Assembly: GCA_045104975.1 (NCBI GenBank)
Contig: JBGCCY010000129.1
Location: 24,748-88,747 of the forward strand
From: Saprospiraceae bacterium
GTDB taxonomy: Bacteria > Bacteroidota > Bacteroidia > Chitinophagales > Saprospiraceae
Direction: 5' to 3'
DNA length: 64,000 nt
The first letter of the stretch is position 1. Each line of letters starts with the position of its first letter. Below are positions 36,667 through 46,693 of this stretch, one piece after another. The position numbers and the translations under genes were made by a program. Below the pieces are notes generated by a model, which had not been told where the DNA came from, searched no databases, and saw nothing but the letters and a program-made list of their open reading frames with translations.

Positions 36667-37695
36667 CTACTCCTTGATTTCCCATACGCCTTTTTCATTC
36701 ATGATAATTTTAATATTTTTCGGTTTAATTTCTTTATCAAAACTAGCCGGCATCATCGTAATTTCAATCGTTTTATCATCGATCCATATTGGAGTATGAG
36801 GTTCCATATTGTCAAATTCTTTTTCCAATAATTTTTCAAATCGTCCATTGGGAAAGCCAAAAATTTGAATACCATTAAATTCAAAGCCAGCTTCTAGATC
36901 TTGATTAGTTGTAATCAAATGTTTTGCATCCGGAGAAACTTTTGGAAATCCGTATACAATTATTTCCTTCCCCGATTTATCATTTACCAGAGAGTAACTT
37001 CCACCTTCATAAAGATTATTTCTAAAAACAAAAAAGCCAATCTTCGGAAGATATTCTAAGTAATCTTTTTGTGAAAATTCATCACTTGTTATTGTAGCAG
37101 TATCATTTTCAAAAACAACCTTTTTGCCAGTCAATAGAGTGAGTGTAATTTCATTTTCATTTTCCGAAACATATTGAGCATCTTTTTTTAATTGTTTCGC
37201 TCTTACTTTTTCAGAACAAGTATGAAATTTTTCCCAATTTTCATTTTTCTTCAATTCAAAACATGCATCATACGGACTAGGATTCGCATCCACCACCGGC
37301 TCATAAAATTTCACCGCACCACCATAAACCCAACCTTCTTTTCCATCATCAGTTTTGATTTTTAGCCAAGGTTCATTGAAAAGTGTTCCCCGTAAATTAA
37401 TACGTTCTTTGTAATCTGTCTTTTCATTGAGATAAGTAAAAGAAGTACCTTCCTTCACTTCGATGACGATTTTACTTTTCGTCGTCGGCTGTTCACGAAC
37501 CCTTAATTTATCAACCCAAGCATATAAAATTGTTGGCGCTTTTTCCTGAGTTGAAGGATTTGTTGTATTTTCGGTAGATTCGCCTTCCGAAGAATTAGAT
37601 TCCGTTTGTTGGGTGCTTTCAGAGGAGTTTGTATTTTTACAAGAAAAAATAAAACCTACGAAAGTTAAAAAAACGATAAATAGGATTTTTTTCAT
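36667..37695 (-). CDS. Lipoprotein with SH3-like domain
   Basis: Lipobox (FIFSC), then a Ser/Thr/Glu-rich linker, then an SH3b-like segment (LRVREQPTTKSKIVIEVKEGTSFTYL...GWVYGGAVKF). Confidence 0.55.
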   Translation of the reverse strand: MKKILFIVFLTFVGFIFSCKNTNSSESTQQTESNSSEGESTENTTNPSTQEKAPTILYAWVDKLRVREQPTTKSKIVIEVKEGTSFTYLNEKTDYKERINLRGTLFNEPWLKIKTDDGKEGWVYGGAVKFYEPVVDANPSPYDACFELKKNENWEKFHTCSEKVRAKQLKKDAQYVSENENEITLTLLTGKKVVFENDTATITSDEFSQKDYLEYLPKIGFFVFRNNLYEGGSYSLVNDKSGKEIIVYGFPKVSPDAKHLITTNQDLEAGFEFNGIQIFGFPNGRFEKLLEKEFDNMEPHTPIWIDDKTIEITMMPASFDKEIKPKNIKIIMNEKGVWEIKE

Positions 37696-37815
37696 AAGTG
37701 TTTAGATTTTTTTAAACGTTTACTTGACACCTTATCTAAGACTTTTGCAAAATTAATAACTTAAAACCCAAAACCGATATACTTTTCACACATAATCTAA
37801 AAAAAGAAATGCGCC

Positions 37816-39033
37816 ATGATGAGAACAAGTTTTTTAATAATTTTTATAACAATACTTTCACAATTTGCTTGTGGGCAAGGCCAGACAGGAGATCAAGACT
37901 GGGTAGTACTTAGATATATCGAACGTTATAAAAATATCGCAATGGAGGAAATGGTCAGAGCAGGTGTGCCAGCGAGTATCAAATTGGGACAAGCGATCTT
38001 AGAAAGTAATGCAGGACGAAGTGAATTATCTCGGAAGTCAAATAATCATTTTGGATTAAAATGTGGAAGTAGTTGGACTGGCGAAACGCATGCTCATGAA
38101 GATGACGATTATGACGAAAATGGAAATTTGATCAAGTCATGTTTTCGAAAATTTGATAGTGCCAAACGTTCCTTCTATGGACACTCTGAATTTTTGCAAA
38201 AACCTCGATATCGTTTTTTATTTACAGATTTGAATCCACAAGATTTTGAATCATGGGCTCATGGATTAAAAACAGCAGGTTATGCCACTAATCCAAAGTA
38301 TGCTTCTATTTTGATTAATATCATTCAGCGATATGAATTGTTTAAGTATGATAAAATGGCCATCGAAGGAGTTAATATAGAACCTGAAGATCCTATTTTA
38401 GTAGTTGCATCTTCTGGAACTATTGCTCGAAATAATGATTTGCGAATGGTCTATGCAGCAGATAAGCAAACGCCAAGTCAAATCGCCAGCCAATATGATG
38501 TGAAGTTAAAATGTTTGTTAAAATATAATGAAAGATTGGGTGCAGGTGGGAAACAACTAGAACAAGGTGAGAAGGTTTATTTACAAAAAAAACGAAGAAG
38601 TTGGAGAGGTCGAGAAAAATATCACTTTGTGCAAGAAGGAGAAACGATGTATCAGTTAGCTCAAAAATATGGAATCCGTTTGGGTAAATTATATCAGAAA
38701 AATAGAATGGATGAAGGTACTCAACCTGCTATTGGAGCGAAAGTAAAAATTAGAGGATGGAAAATAAAAAAAGGAAAAACGCCTAAATTACGAAAAGCAG
38801 CAATCGATGAAAATGGAGATGAGATTATCGAAGATGGAGTTACTCCTGATACGGAAGAAGAAGACGATTTTTTATTTGAAGAAGATCAAGTAGAAGTTTA
38901 TCACTTAGTTAAAAAAGGAGATACTTTATATAGTTTAGCTTTGCGCTATGACATCACAGTTGATTATTTAAAAAAATTAAATGAGATGACAACGAATTCA
39001 ATAAGTGTAGGGCAGAGATTAAGAGTGAAATAA
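37816..39033 (+). CDS. Glucosaminidase-domain peptidoglycan hydrolase with three LysM domains
   Basis: Motifs PASIKLGQAILESNAGRSELSRKSNNHFGLK (mannosyl-glycoprotein endo-beta-N-acetylglucosaminidase type). Three LysM-like units are present (e.g. YHLVKKGDTLYSLALRYDITVDYLKKLN). Confidence 0.8.
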   Translation: MMRTSFLIIFITILSQFACGQGQTGDQDWVVLRYIERYKNIAMEEMVRAGVPASIKLGQAILESNAGRSELSRKSNNHFGLKCGSSWTGETHAHEDDDYDENGNLIKSCFRKFDSAKRSFYGHSEFLQKPRYRFLFTDLNPQDFESWAHGLKTAGYATNPKYASILINIIQRYELFKYDKMAIEGVNIEPEDPILVVASSGTIARNNDLRMVYAADKQTPSQIASQYDVKLKCLLKYNERLGAGGKQLEQGEKVYLQKKRRSWRGREKYHFVQEGETMYQLAQKYGIRLGKLYQKNRMDEGTQPAIGAKVKIRGWKIKKGKTPKLRKAAIDENGDEIIEDGVTPDTEEEDDFLFEEDQVEVYHLVKKGDTLYSLALRYDITVDYLKKLNEMTTNSISVGQRLRVK

Positions 39034-39115
39034 TATTTTATTAAAAAATAAATTAAATTCCTTCCAACCTAAATGAGTTGGAAGGATTTAGATTTTAAAA
39101 AAGACAAAAATAGAT

Positions 39116-39844
39116 ATGAAAAAAATTGTACTACTTTTTATGACAATGATATTTTTGAGCGGAAGCTTGGTGGCACAGAGTCGTGCGTATGGTGTGAAAG
39201 GAGGGTTGACAATTGGAACTCAAAAATGGGAAGGACAAGATCAAGACCCTTTGTTTTCTTATCATGGAGCACTTTCAGTAGAATCTGTTTCGGATGAAAA
39301 TTCGTTTGGACTTTTTGCTCAAATAGGTTACCATGTAAAAGGTAGTGCGTGGCGTAATGCCCAATTTTTCACTTTAGGAAGCAATAGACCTGTGAGAATT
39401 ACTCGAAAGTTTGAATTTCAAAATGTAGGTTTGACTTTAGGCTTTAAAAATAATTATAAAGAGACAGAGCGTTTTAATTTATATTATCTTTTTGGGATTC
39501 GGGGAGAATATACGGTAGGAACAAACTTAGATGAATATGCAGATCAAAATGCTCAATTTAATTCACCTATTTATCCATTCGATGAGGCAGTTAGAAAAAT
39601 TAATTATGGAGTAACCTTAGGTGGTGGATTACAATTTCCTTTTACGGATTATGTAAGTGGCATTATTGAACTGACGATTAGTCCAGATTTCTCAGATCAA
39701 TATCGACAAGGATCTTTTACAGGAACAGTTTATCAAAATGGAACACCAACTTTACGAAGTTTTGGAGAACGAAAAATTAGAAATTTAGTTTTTGAAGTAT
39801 CTGTTGGATTTCGGTTTTTGCATAAAATAGAATATGTTGATTGA
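39116..39844 (+). CDS. Outer-membrane beta-barrel protein
   Basis: Signal peptide, alternating beta-strand pattern, and a terminal aromatic-rich strand (VFEVSVGFRF). Confidence 0.6.
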   Translation: MKKIVLLFMTMIFLSGSLVAQSRAYGVKGGLTIGTQKWEGQDQDPLFSYHGALSVESVSDENSFGLFAQIGYHVKGSAWRNAQFFTLGSNRPVRITRKFEFQNVGLTLGFKNNYKETERFNLYYLFGIRGEYTVGTNLDEYADQNAQFNSPIYPFDEAVRKINYGVTLGGGLQFPFTDYVSGIIELTISPDFSDQYRQGSFTGTVYQNGTPTLRSFGERKIRNLVFEVSVGFRFLHKIEYVD

Positions 39845-40007
39845 TAAAATAGAGTTATAAAAGTTATCGGATACCTTCAAGGTATTCGGTAACTAATCAA
39901 CAAGAAGTTATCAATTTACCCTTCTAAAAAATTCTCAACGAACCCATTCACATTTTTCCCTTCAAAACCATATCTTTGCGCCTTCAATTTTTATAAAAAA
40001 AGAAATC

Positions 40008-41045
40008 ATGTCAGCAGAGATTTTTGCAGTAGTCAATCAATTTAAATCTGAGATAGAAAATGCCGCACCTTCTACGAAAGAAGAAGTGGAACAATTCCGT
40101 ATTCGATTTGTAGGATCTAAGAATGTTTTAAAACCACTTTTTGGAGAAATTCGAAATGTAGAAAATGAACGAAAAAAAGAATATGGTCAATTAGTCAATG
40201 CAGTTAAGGGGGCAGCGGAAGCAAAATTCCAATCTTTGAAAGATGCCGCTGAATCTGCAGCAGAGGAAGCAAGTAGTCAAGATTTGGATTTGAGTGCACC
40301 ACCTGAACCAATGAGCTTGGGAGCACATCATCCAATTACGATTACGATGAATCGGATTGTTGATATTTTTTCACGGATTGGATTTACCGTTGCAGAGGAG
40401 CGAGAGATCGAAGATGATTGGCATAATTTCACCGCAATGAATACGCCGGAAGATCATCCTGCGAGAGATATGCAAGATACTTTTTACTTGAAAAATAGTA
40501 CGGAGATGTTGTTGCGAACACACACTTCGTCTGTTCAGTCGAGAGTGATGATGAATCAAGAACCTCCAATTCGAATTATTGCACCAGGTCGAGTTTATCG
40601 AAATGAAACAATCTCTGCACGGGCACATTGTCAGTTTCACCAAGTCGAAGGATTGTATATTGATGAAAATGTTTCGTTTGCAGAAATGAAACAAACCTTG
40701 CTTTATTTTGCGCAAGAAATGTACGGGCCAGATACAAAAATTAGAATGCGACCATCGTATTTTCCATTTACAGAGCCAAGTGCAGAGGTAGATGTAACTT
40801 GTTTTATTTGTGATACGAAAGGATGTAATGTTTGTAAATATACCGGTTGGGTAGAGATTATGGGATGTGGAATGGTTGATCCAGCAGTACTTAAAAATTG
40901 CGGAATTGACACAGAAAAATATACAGGTTTTGCATTTGGAATGGGAATCGAACGACAAGCGATGATGTTATATTCGATCAATGACATTCGGTTGCTTTTC
41001 GAAAATGATGTTCGATTTTTAAAACAATTTACCTCAGCCATTTAA
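40008..41045 (+). CDS. pheS: Phenylalanine--tRNA ligase alpha subunit
   Basis: Class II motifs: HPARDMQDTFY, RTHTSSVQ, FPFTEPSAEVDV, GWVEIMGCGMVDP and GFAFGMGIERQAMM. Confidence 0.95.
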   Translation: MSAEIFAVVNQFKSEIENAAPSTKEEVEQFRIRFVGSKNVLKPLFGEIRNVENERKKEYGQLVNAVKGAAEAKFQSLKDAAESAAEEASSQDLDLSAPPEPMSLGAHHPITITMNRIVDIFSRIGFTVAEEREIEDDWHNFTAMNTPEDHPARDMQDTFYLKNSTEMLLRTHTSSVQSRVMMNQEPPIRIIAPGRVYRNETISARAHCQFHQVEGLYIDENVSFAEMKQTLLYFAQEMYGPDTKIRMRPSYFPFTEPSAEVDVTCFICDTKGCNVCKYTGWVEIMGCGMVDPAVLKNCGIDTEKYTGFAFGMGIERQAMMLYSINDIRLLFENDVRFLKQFTSAI

Positions 41046-41121
41046 TGCTGAATTTTGAAGGAGAAATTCTGAATTGTATATAGATTCAAAATTCCTCCTT
41101 CAAAATTCAAAACTCCTCTTC

Positions 41122-42558
41122 ATGAATTATTCTTCTCTTTCTTCTATTCAACAAAATATTTCTAAAGGTGAAACTAATTGTCAAAAATTAGTTGAGCACT
41201 ATTTGTCCAATATTGAAAAATCGAAAGACCTTAATATTTATGTGGAAGTATTTGAAGATGAAGCTCGAGAGCAAGCCATTCTTTTAGATGAAAAATATGC
41301 AGAAAACCCAAACTCAATCGGACGACTTTTTGGTTTAGTCATCTCTATCAAAGATGTACTTTGTTACAAAAATCATGGGGTGACTGCGGGTTCGAAAATT
41401 TTAAAAGGATTTAAATCTTTATTTTCAGCTACTGCCGTCCAACGAATCTTGGAAGAGGATGCAATCATTATTGGTCGAGTGAATTGTGATGAATTTGCGA
41501 TGGGATCCGCCAATGAAAATTCAGTTTATGGACCAGTTCGAAATGCAGCTGATCCTACAAAAATTTCAGGAGGTTCATCAGGAGGCTCAGCAGTAGCTGT
41601 TCAATCTGAGACTTGTTTAGTTTCATTGGGAACAGACACAGGAGGTTCGGTTCGGCAGCCAGCAGCATTTTGTGGAGTGATAGGAATGAAGCCAACTTAT
41701 GGAAGAATTTCGAGATTTGGTTTGTTAGCATACGCTTCTTCATTCGATCAAGTTGGGATTTTATCACATTCGATTGAAGATGTAAGTATATTGTTAGAGA
41801 TTATGTCTGGCTACGATGAAAATGATAGCACATCAAGTGAGAGACCTGTAGAAAATTTTTCTAAAGACTTAATTGTTGAAGGAAAAAAGAAAATTGCTTA
41901 CTTCGAAAATGCACTCCAACACGAAAGTATCGATGAAGAAATTCGACAACAGACTTTTTCATTAATTGAAAAATTAAAGGAGGAAGGGCATGAAGTTGAA
42001 CCTGTGGAATTTGAATATTTAGATTACATCATTCCGGCATATTATGTTTTGACCACCGCAGAAGCATCATCGAATCTTTCTCGATTTGACGGAGTAAGAT
42101 TTGGACATCGAAGTAAAGAGGCCAATGATTTAATTGAGGTTTATAAAAAATCTCGTTCTGAAGGATTTGGAACAGAAGTGAAGCGTCGAATCATGTTGGG
42201 GGCATTTGTTTTGAGTTCAGGTTATTACGATGCTTATTATACCAAAGCTCAAAAAATTCGCCGATTGATTTCGGAAAAAACCGCTCAGATTTTTGAAGAA
42301 TATGATTTTATATTAATGCCTGCTTCACCTACTCCACCTTGGAATATTGGTGATAAGATGGATGATCCAGTTGAGGCATATTTAGCCGATATTTTTACTG
42401 TACAAGCAAATATGGTTGGGATTCCTGCCATCTCTTTGCCCTTCGGAAAACATGAAAACGGGCTTCCAATGGGCATTCAGTTCATGGCGAACAAATTTCA
42501 AGAAAAAAAATTACTAGCCTTTTCTCAGCATCTCATGCAAAGTTTTATTAAGAAATAA
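41122..42558 (+). CDS. gatA: Glu-tRNA(Gln)/Asp-tRNA(Asn) amidotransferase subunit A
   Basis: Trimmed to the ATG at 41122 (MNYSSLSSIQ...). Amidase signature GGSSGGSAVAV...GTDTGGSVRQPAAFCG. Confidence 0.93.
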   Translation: MNYSSLSSIQQNISKGETNCQKLVEHYLSNIEKSKDLNIYVEVFEDEAREQAILLDEKYAENPNSIGRLFGLVISIKDVLCYKNHGVTAGSKILKGFKSLFSATAVQRILEEDAIIIGRVNCDEFAMGSANENSVYGPVRNAADPTKISGGSSGGSAVAVQSETCLVSLGTDTGGSVRQPAAFCGVIGMKPTYGRISRFGLLAYASSFDQVGILSHSIEDVSILLEIMSGYDENDSTSSERPVENFSKDLIVEGKKKIAYFENALQHESIDEEIRQQTFSLIEKLKEEGHEVEPVEFEYLDYIIPAYYVLTTAEASSNLSRFDGVRFGHRSKEANDLIEVYKKSRSEGFGTEVKRRIMLGAFVLSSGYYDAYYTKAQKIRRLISEKTAQIFEEYDFILMPASPTPPWNIGDKMDDPVEAYLADIFTVQANMVGIPAISLPFGKHENGLPMGIQFMANKFQEKKLLAFSQHLMQSFIKK

Positions 42559-42875
42559 TACAAGCATTATTCTATAGTCTAATATATAATATAGTTCGCT
42601 GTCAATTGATAGAGATTTGTATCCTTTTATTGTCTTTTTTTTTATGTGAAAATAAACCCTGTCATGAAATTTGATTAATCCGATTAGCAAATGTTAAATA
42701 AAGACCACTAGGGTTGTATTAGATTTTAAAACCCCATAATTTTGTCTTACCAATACACAAAAATCTAGTTTACCTCCCACCGAATACTCCCATACCCAAA
42801 TAATAAGAAAAAAGATTTTACGAATATTAGGTACTAATGGAATGATCTTTTCATAACGCCTAATGAAATTTAAAA

Positions 42876-42913
42876 AACATTTGAAATAAGCAAAAATTTT
42901 CATTTCAAATGTT
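42876..42913. promoter_or_regulatory. 12-bp perfect inverted repeat just upstream of the first lytic transglycosylase gene
   Basis: The sequence aacatttgaaat N14 atttcaaatgtt ends 19 nt before the ATG at 42933. Confidence 0.3.
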
Positions 42914-42932
42914 AGAATCAAATTAATTAACC

Positions 42933-43856
42933 ATGAACTTATTAAAAGGTCCTATACCTTTTTTATTAGTGATGTTATTAACATCATCAATAAAAGCCAA
43001 CACCAAGCCTACGGCATCTCTTCCAACTGCTTTCTTGTCAGAAAGTAACAAAACCAAAGTTTCAAAAACAGCTTTTGTCAAACGACTTGAAAGAAGATCT
43101 TTCTCCATGGACGTGACGTACAATAAAGATGTCAAGAAATTTGTCAAAAAATATATTTCTAAAGATCGAGTTGGGACTGAATTATTACTCGGAAGACAAA
43201 CGACTTTTTTACCAATTTTTGAAAAATATATTGAAAAATTTCAATTACCTAGAGAATTGAAAAATTTACCAATCATTGAATCTGCTCTAAATCCAAATGC
43301 GGAATCTCAAGTTGGCGCAAAAGGACTTTGGCAATTTATGCCAGCTACAGGGCGATTGTATGGATTGACTATCAATGATTATGTCGATGAGAGATGTGAT
43401 CCAGTTAAATCAACTATTGCAGGTTTATCTTATCTCAAAGATTTATATGCAAAATATGGTGATTGGAAATTAGCGATTGCATCTTATAATTGTGGCCCAG
43501 GAAGAGTAGATAAGGCAATCAAAAAAGCAGGTAAATCTAGTTTTGGAGGAATAAAGAAATATTTACCCAAAGAGACTCAAGAATATGTTGCGAAATTTAT
43601 CGCCACATCATATGTGATGGATAATTATTTTTTCCATGATCTTCGACCGATTTATCCAGAATATACTTTACAATTTGTAAAAGTCGTAAAGGTACATAAA
43701 AGAACTTCATTGAAAAAAATTGCAAAACAAACAGGGATGAGCCTCGAAATCATCCAAAAACTAAATCCTTCCTACCGAAAAGGAATCATTCCACCAAGTG
43801 CAGATGGGAATTTCATAATAATTCCTATATTTGGGGAAGAACTTTCGATAGGGTAA
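42933..43856 (+). CDS. Lytic transglycosylase (SLT domain, MltD-like) with LysM-like C-terminus
   Basis: Motif ESALNPNAESQVGAKGLWQFMPATGRLYGL...AIASYNCGPGRV. Confidence 0.8.
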   Translation: MNLLKGPIPFLLVMLLTSSIKANTKPTASLPTAFLSESNKTKVSKTAFVKRLERRSFSMDVTYNKDVKKFVKKYISKDRVGTELLLGRQTTFLPIFEKYIEKFQLPRELKNLPIIESALNPNAESQVGAKGLWQFMPATGRLYGLTINDYVDERCDPVKSTIAGLSYLKDLYAKYGDWKLAIASYNCGPGRVDKAIKKAGKSSFGGIKKYLPKETQEYVAKFIATSYVMDNYFFHDLRPIYPEYTLQFVKVVKVHKRTSLKKIAKQTGMSLEIIQKLNPSYRKGIIPPSADGNFIIIPIFGEELSIG

Positions 43857-43867
43857 TGAATTGGTGG

Positions 43868-43916
43868 TATTTTATTTTGAGTATTTCAAAAAAATTGAAA
43901 TATTCAAAATAAAATA
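43868..43916 (+). terminator. AT-rich 22-bp hairpin after 42933..43856
   Basis: The sequence tattttattttgagtatttcaa aaaaa ttgaaatattcaaaataaaata has 1 mismatch. Confidence 0.5.
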
Positions 43917-44140
43917 TCCTGTTTTTCTCCAACCTCGTGTCTGTCAGTCAATCAAGCTAATCCTTAATATCTGAAAACTTACAATTAAGCCAAACACCTT
44001 TGTGTTTAGGTTCATTTTTCTGTGTAAATAAAGATGTCTTTGCACAATTTTTGAAGGATTGTATGCTTTTAAGAACTTTATAAGTTCACAGTTTTAAGAA
44101 TCCAGAACCTATTTCCTAAGCTTTAAATTTTTTGTCAGAG

Positions 44141-45598
44141 ATGAACCTGAATAAACTAATTGTACTATTTTTATTGACGTTGAGTTTTTGTACTCAATCC
44201 TTAAGTCAAGGCTCAACAACTTCTTATACTCCTGTCCCTGTTTTTAGTGATGCAGAATTAGAAGTTAGAATCAAAAACCTTTCTTCACTTGCGGTAACTC
44301 CTCAATTGGATAATATTGTCAAAAGTTATATCAAAACATACTCCGTTCGGAAAAGAGATAGAACCGAGAAAATGTTGGGTAGGATAGTGATGTATTTTCC
44401 CATTTTTGAGAAATACCTTTTGGATGAAAATATGCCTTCAGATATCAAATATCTTTCGGTAGTAGAATCTGCTTTAAATCCAAAAGCAACTTCCCGAGTA
44501 GGAGCTGCAGGATTGTGGCAATTTATGCCAGCAACTGGAAAAGAGTATGGATTGTCTCAAAATAGTAAAGTGGACGAACGAAGAGATCCTCACAAATCGA
44601 CGAAGGCTGCGATAAAATATCTAAAAAGGCTACATAATAAATATCAAGATTGGGAACTCGCATTGGCTGCTTATAATAGTGGACCAGGTCGAGTGAATAG
44701 AGCAATTCGAAGAGGGCAGAGTAAGAATTTTTGGAAAATTAAAAAGTATTTACCCAAAGAGACTCGAAATTATGTGCCTGCATTTGTAGCTGCAAATTAT
44801 ATTGTGAATAATTACCATTTACATTATTTGAAACCTCAATTTCCAGAAATGGATATCCAGATGACGGATTATACCAAAGTCTATAGTTCAATTTCTTTTC
44901 GAGAAATTTCAGAAATTACAGGAACACCACTTCATTTAATAGAACAATTAAATCCTAGTTTTAAACAAGGTATTATTCCTACTCATAGGAATGGACATTT
45001 TTTGACTTTACCAAAACGAAATATGCCTTTGTTTTTAGCAGCCTTTCCAACACCTGATAGTAATCCTTCGATCACTCAAAATCTTGGAAGCCGAACAGAA
45101 TTTTTCAAATCAGTTTATTATGTTCAGCCAGGCGATCATATTGATAAGTTAGCGAAGTTGTTTAACTGTAGTCGTCAGCATATTATGGCTTGGAATAATT
45201 TGCCACAACCATATTTAGCAAGAGGACAAGAGTTAACAATTTTTCAAATCAGTAATAGTTTGAATGTCGAAGTGAAAGAACTTCCTGCTCGTCAGCAAGA
45301 AATTGAAAATCCTAAGTTAAAGGAAGAAACTATTTTGTCTAATAGTAGAAAAAGAAAAATAGAAAACAAAAAAGTAAATATTAAAAAAGAAGAGAAAGAA
45401 AAAAGGAATCCTCCCCAAAGGAATATCTCTTTGAAAAAAGAGGATTATATTTTTTATACTATTCGTAGAAATGAATCGATTTTGGAGATAATCGAAAAAT
45501 TCCCAGGTGTAACCATTCAAGATATTTTGAAATTAAATGAGATAAAAGGAAATGATTTTCCATCTGTAGGAGCTAGATTAAAAATCAAGAAAAAGTAG
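44141..45598 (+). CDS. Lytic transglycosylase (SLT domain, MltD-like) with LysM domains; paralogue of 42933..43856
   Basis: The track start at 44132 is TTG and the first ATG is at 44141. Motif ESALNPKATSRVGAAGLWQFMPATGKEYGL...ALAAYNSGPGRV. Carries a Lys-rich insert and three LysM-like units. Confidence 0.8.
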   Translation: MNLNKLIVLFLLTLSFCTQSLSQGSTTSYTPVPVFSDAELEVRIKNLSSLAVTPQLDNIVKSYIKTYSVRKRDRTEKMLGRIVMYFPIFEKYLLDENMPSDIKYLSVVESALNPKATSRVGAAGLWQFMPATGKEYGLSQNSKVDERRDPHKSTKAAIKYLKRLHNKYQDWELALAAYNSGPGRVNRAIRRGQSKNFWKIKKYLPKETRNYVPAFVAANYIVNNYHLHYLKPQFPEMDIQMTDYTKVYSSISFREISEITGTPLHLIEQLNPSFKQGIIPTHRNGHFLTLPKRNMPLFLAAFPTPDSNPSITQNLGSRTEFFKSVYYVQPGDHIDKLAKLFNCSRQHIMAWNNLPQPYLARGQELTIFQISNSLNVEVKELPARQQEIENPKLKEETILSNSRKRKIENKKVNIKKEEKEKRNPPQRNISLKKEDYIFYTIRRNESILEIIEKFPGVTIQDILKLNEIKGNDFPSVGARLKIKKK

Positions 45599-45621
45599 AA
45601 AATTGTAATATAATTTTTATC

Positions 45622-45665
45622 AAAAAAAGGAAAGGTCAGGATTTAAATATCCTGACCTTTTTTTA
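45622..45665. terminator. Bidirectional intrinsic terminator
   Basis: A-run, then stem aaaggtcaggat / atcctgaccttt, then T-run. Lies between 44141..45598 (+) and 45697..46128 (-). Confidence 0.75.
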
Positions 45666-45696
45666 TGAAATTACTAAAATCCATCTCATGAAAAGT

Positions 45697-46128
45697 CTAA
45701 TTTACTTGAATTGCTCTTGGAGGTAATTCTTTTGCTTCTTCTTTTTTAGGTAACAAAATTGCTAAAATTCCACTTTCATAATTTGCAGCTATTGCATTAC
45801 TTTCTACATCTTCTGACAATTGGAAACTCCTTGAAAAAGTAGAATAGCTAAATTCCTTCCGGGTAAATTTTTCACCGTCTGTATCATTTGCTTCTTCTTT
45901 TTTTTTAGCAGAAATGGTCAAGGTATTTTTTTCAACATTGATGTTAAAATTTTCTTTTTGCAAACCTGGGGCAGCAAGTTCAATTTTAAAATTATCCGCT
46001 GACTCGGAAATATTTACCGAAGGAACATTTGAGGCAAAATCAGATCCTACAAAATTGGAAAATGAATTATTGAAAAGGTCATCAAAAATAGAATTGATGC
46101 CTGAATTGAAATTTACTAAATTGCTCAT
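45697..46128 (-). CDS. Hsp20/alpha-crystallin small heat-shock protein
   Basis: Alpha-crystallin core (FKIELAAPGLQKENFNINVEKNTLTISA ... GILAILLPKK). Confidence 0.85.
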   Translation of the reverse strand: MSNLVNFNSGINSIFDDLFNNSFSNFVGSDFASNVPSVNISESADNFKIELAAPGLQKENFNINVEKNTLTISAKKKEEANDTDGEKFTRKEFSYSTFSRSFQLSEDVESNAIAANYESGILAILLPKKEEAKELPPRAIQVN

Positions 46129-46170
46129 ATATCTTAATTTTTATTTTTTGAAAAATGGTTTTGAAAATAT

Positions 46171-46198
46171 CCGTGCCACAATTGGAACTGTGACACGG
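46171..46198. promoter_or_regulatory. 28-nt near-palindrome between the two hsp20 genes (terminator/attenuator or operator)
   Basis: In ccgtgccacaattggaactgtgacacgg, 11 of 14 positions pair. Confidence 0.35.
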
Positions 46199-46246
46199 AA
46201 TAAAACAAAACGAAAAACCAACTTTACTTAATTTCTTTTTAATCGA

Positions 46247-46693
46247 TTACCCAATTGCTATTTTTCTAGCAGGTAATTCTTTTGCTTCTTCTTTTTTAGC
46301 CAAAGTCAAATGCAAAATGCCATCTTCGAATTTTGCATCGATTTTAGTTTTGTCAATTGTTTTTGGCAAATGGAATGTTCTTTTAAAATCATTGTATTCA
46401 AATTCCTTTCTGGAGTATTTAATTCCTTCGTTTTTTTCATTTTCAACTTTAGCAGAAATGGTTAAAACATCTTTTTCGACATTGATGTCAAAGTCAGATT
46501 TTTTCAAACCTGGAGCGGCAATTTCTAATTTGAAATCTTCTTTTCCTTCGATTACGTTTACAGCAGGTCGTGATTTAACTATGTTTTTTTCAATTTCCCC
46601 AACAGGATTAGTCAATACATCATTGAATAAGTTAAAAAAAGGATTAACTACATGAGATCTTCTTCGTCTTGGATTTACATTTACAAAAGTCAT
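46247..46693 (-). CDS. Hsp20/alpha-crystallin small heat-shock protein (tandem paralogue)
   Basis: Alpha-crystallin core (FKLEIAAPGLKKSDFDINVEKDVLTISA ... GILHLTLAKK). Confidence 0.85.
   Translation of the reverse strand: MTFVNVNPRRRRSHVVNPFFNLFNDVLTNPVGEIEKNIVKSRPAVNVIEGKEDFKLEIAAPGLKKSDFDINVEKDVLTISAKVENEKNEGIKYSRKEFEYNDFKRTFHLPKTIDKTKIDAKFEDGILHLTLAKKEEAKELPARKIAIG

Noticed and set aside
42559-42932. Gene-free 374 bp (with the 75-aa ORF 42694..42921) as a hidden gene or ncRNA.
   Set aside because: The ORF translation looks non-coding (Phe/Ile/Lys-rich with no motif). Apart from the 12-bp inverted repeat reported separately, I could find only 6-8-bp pairings.
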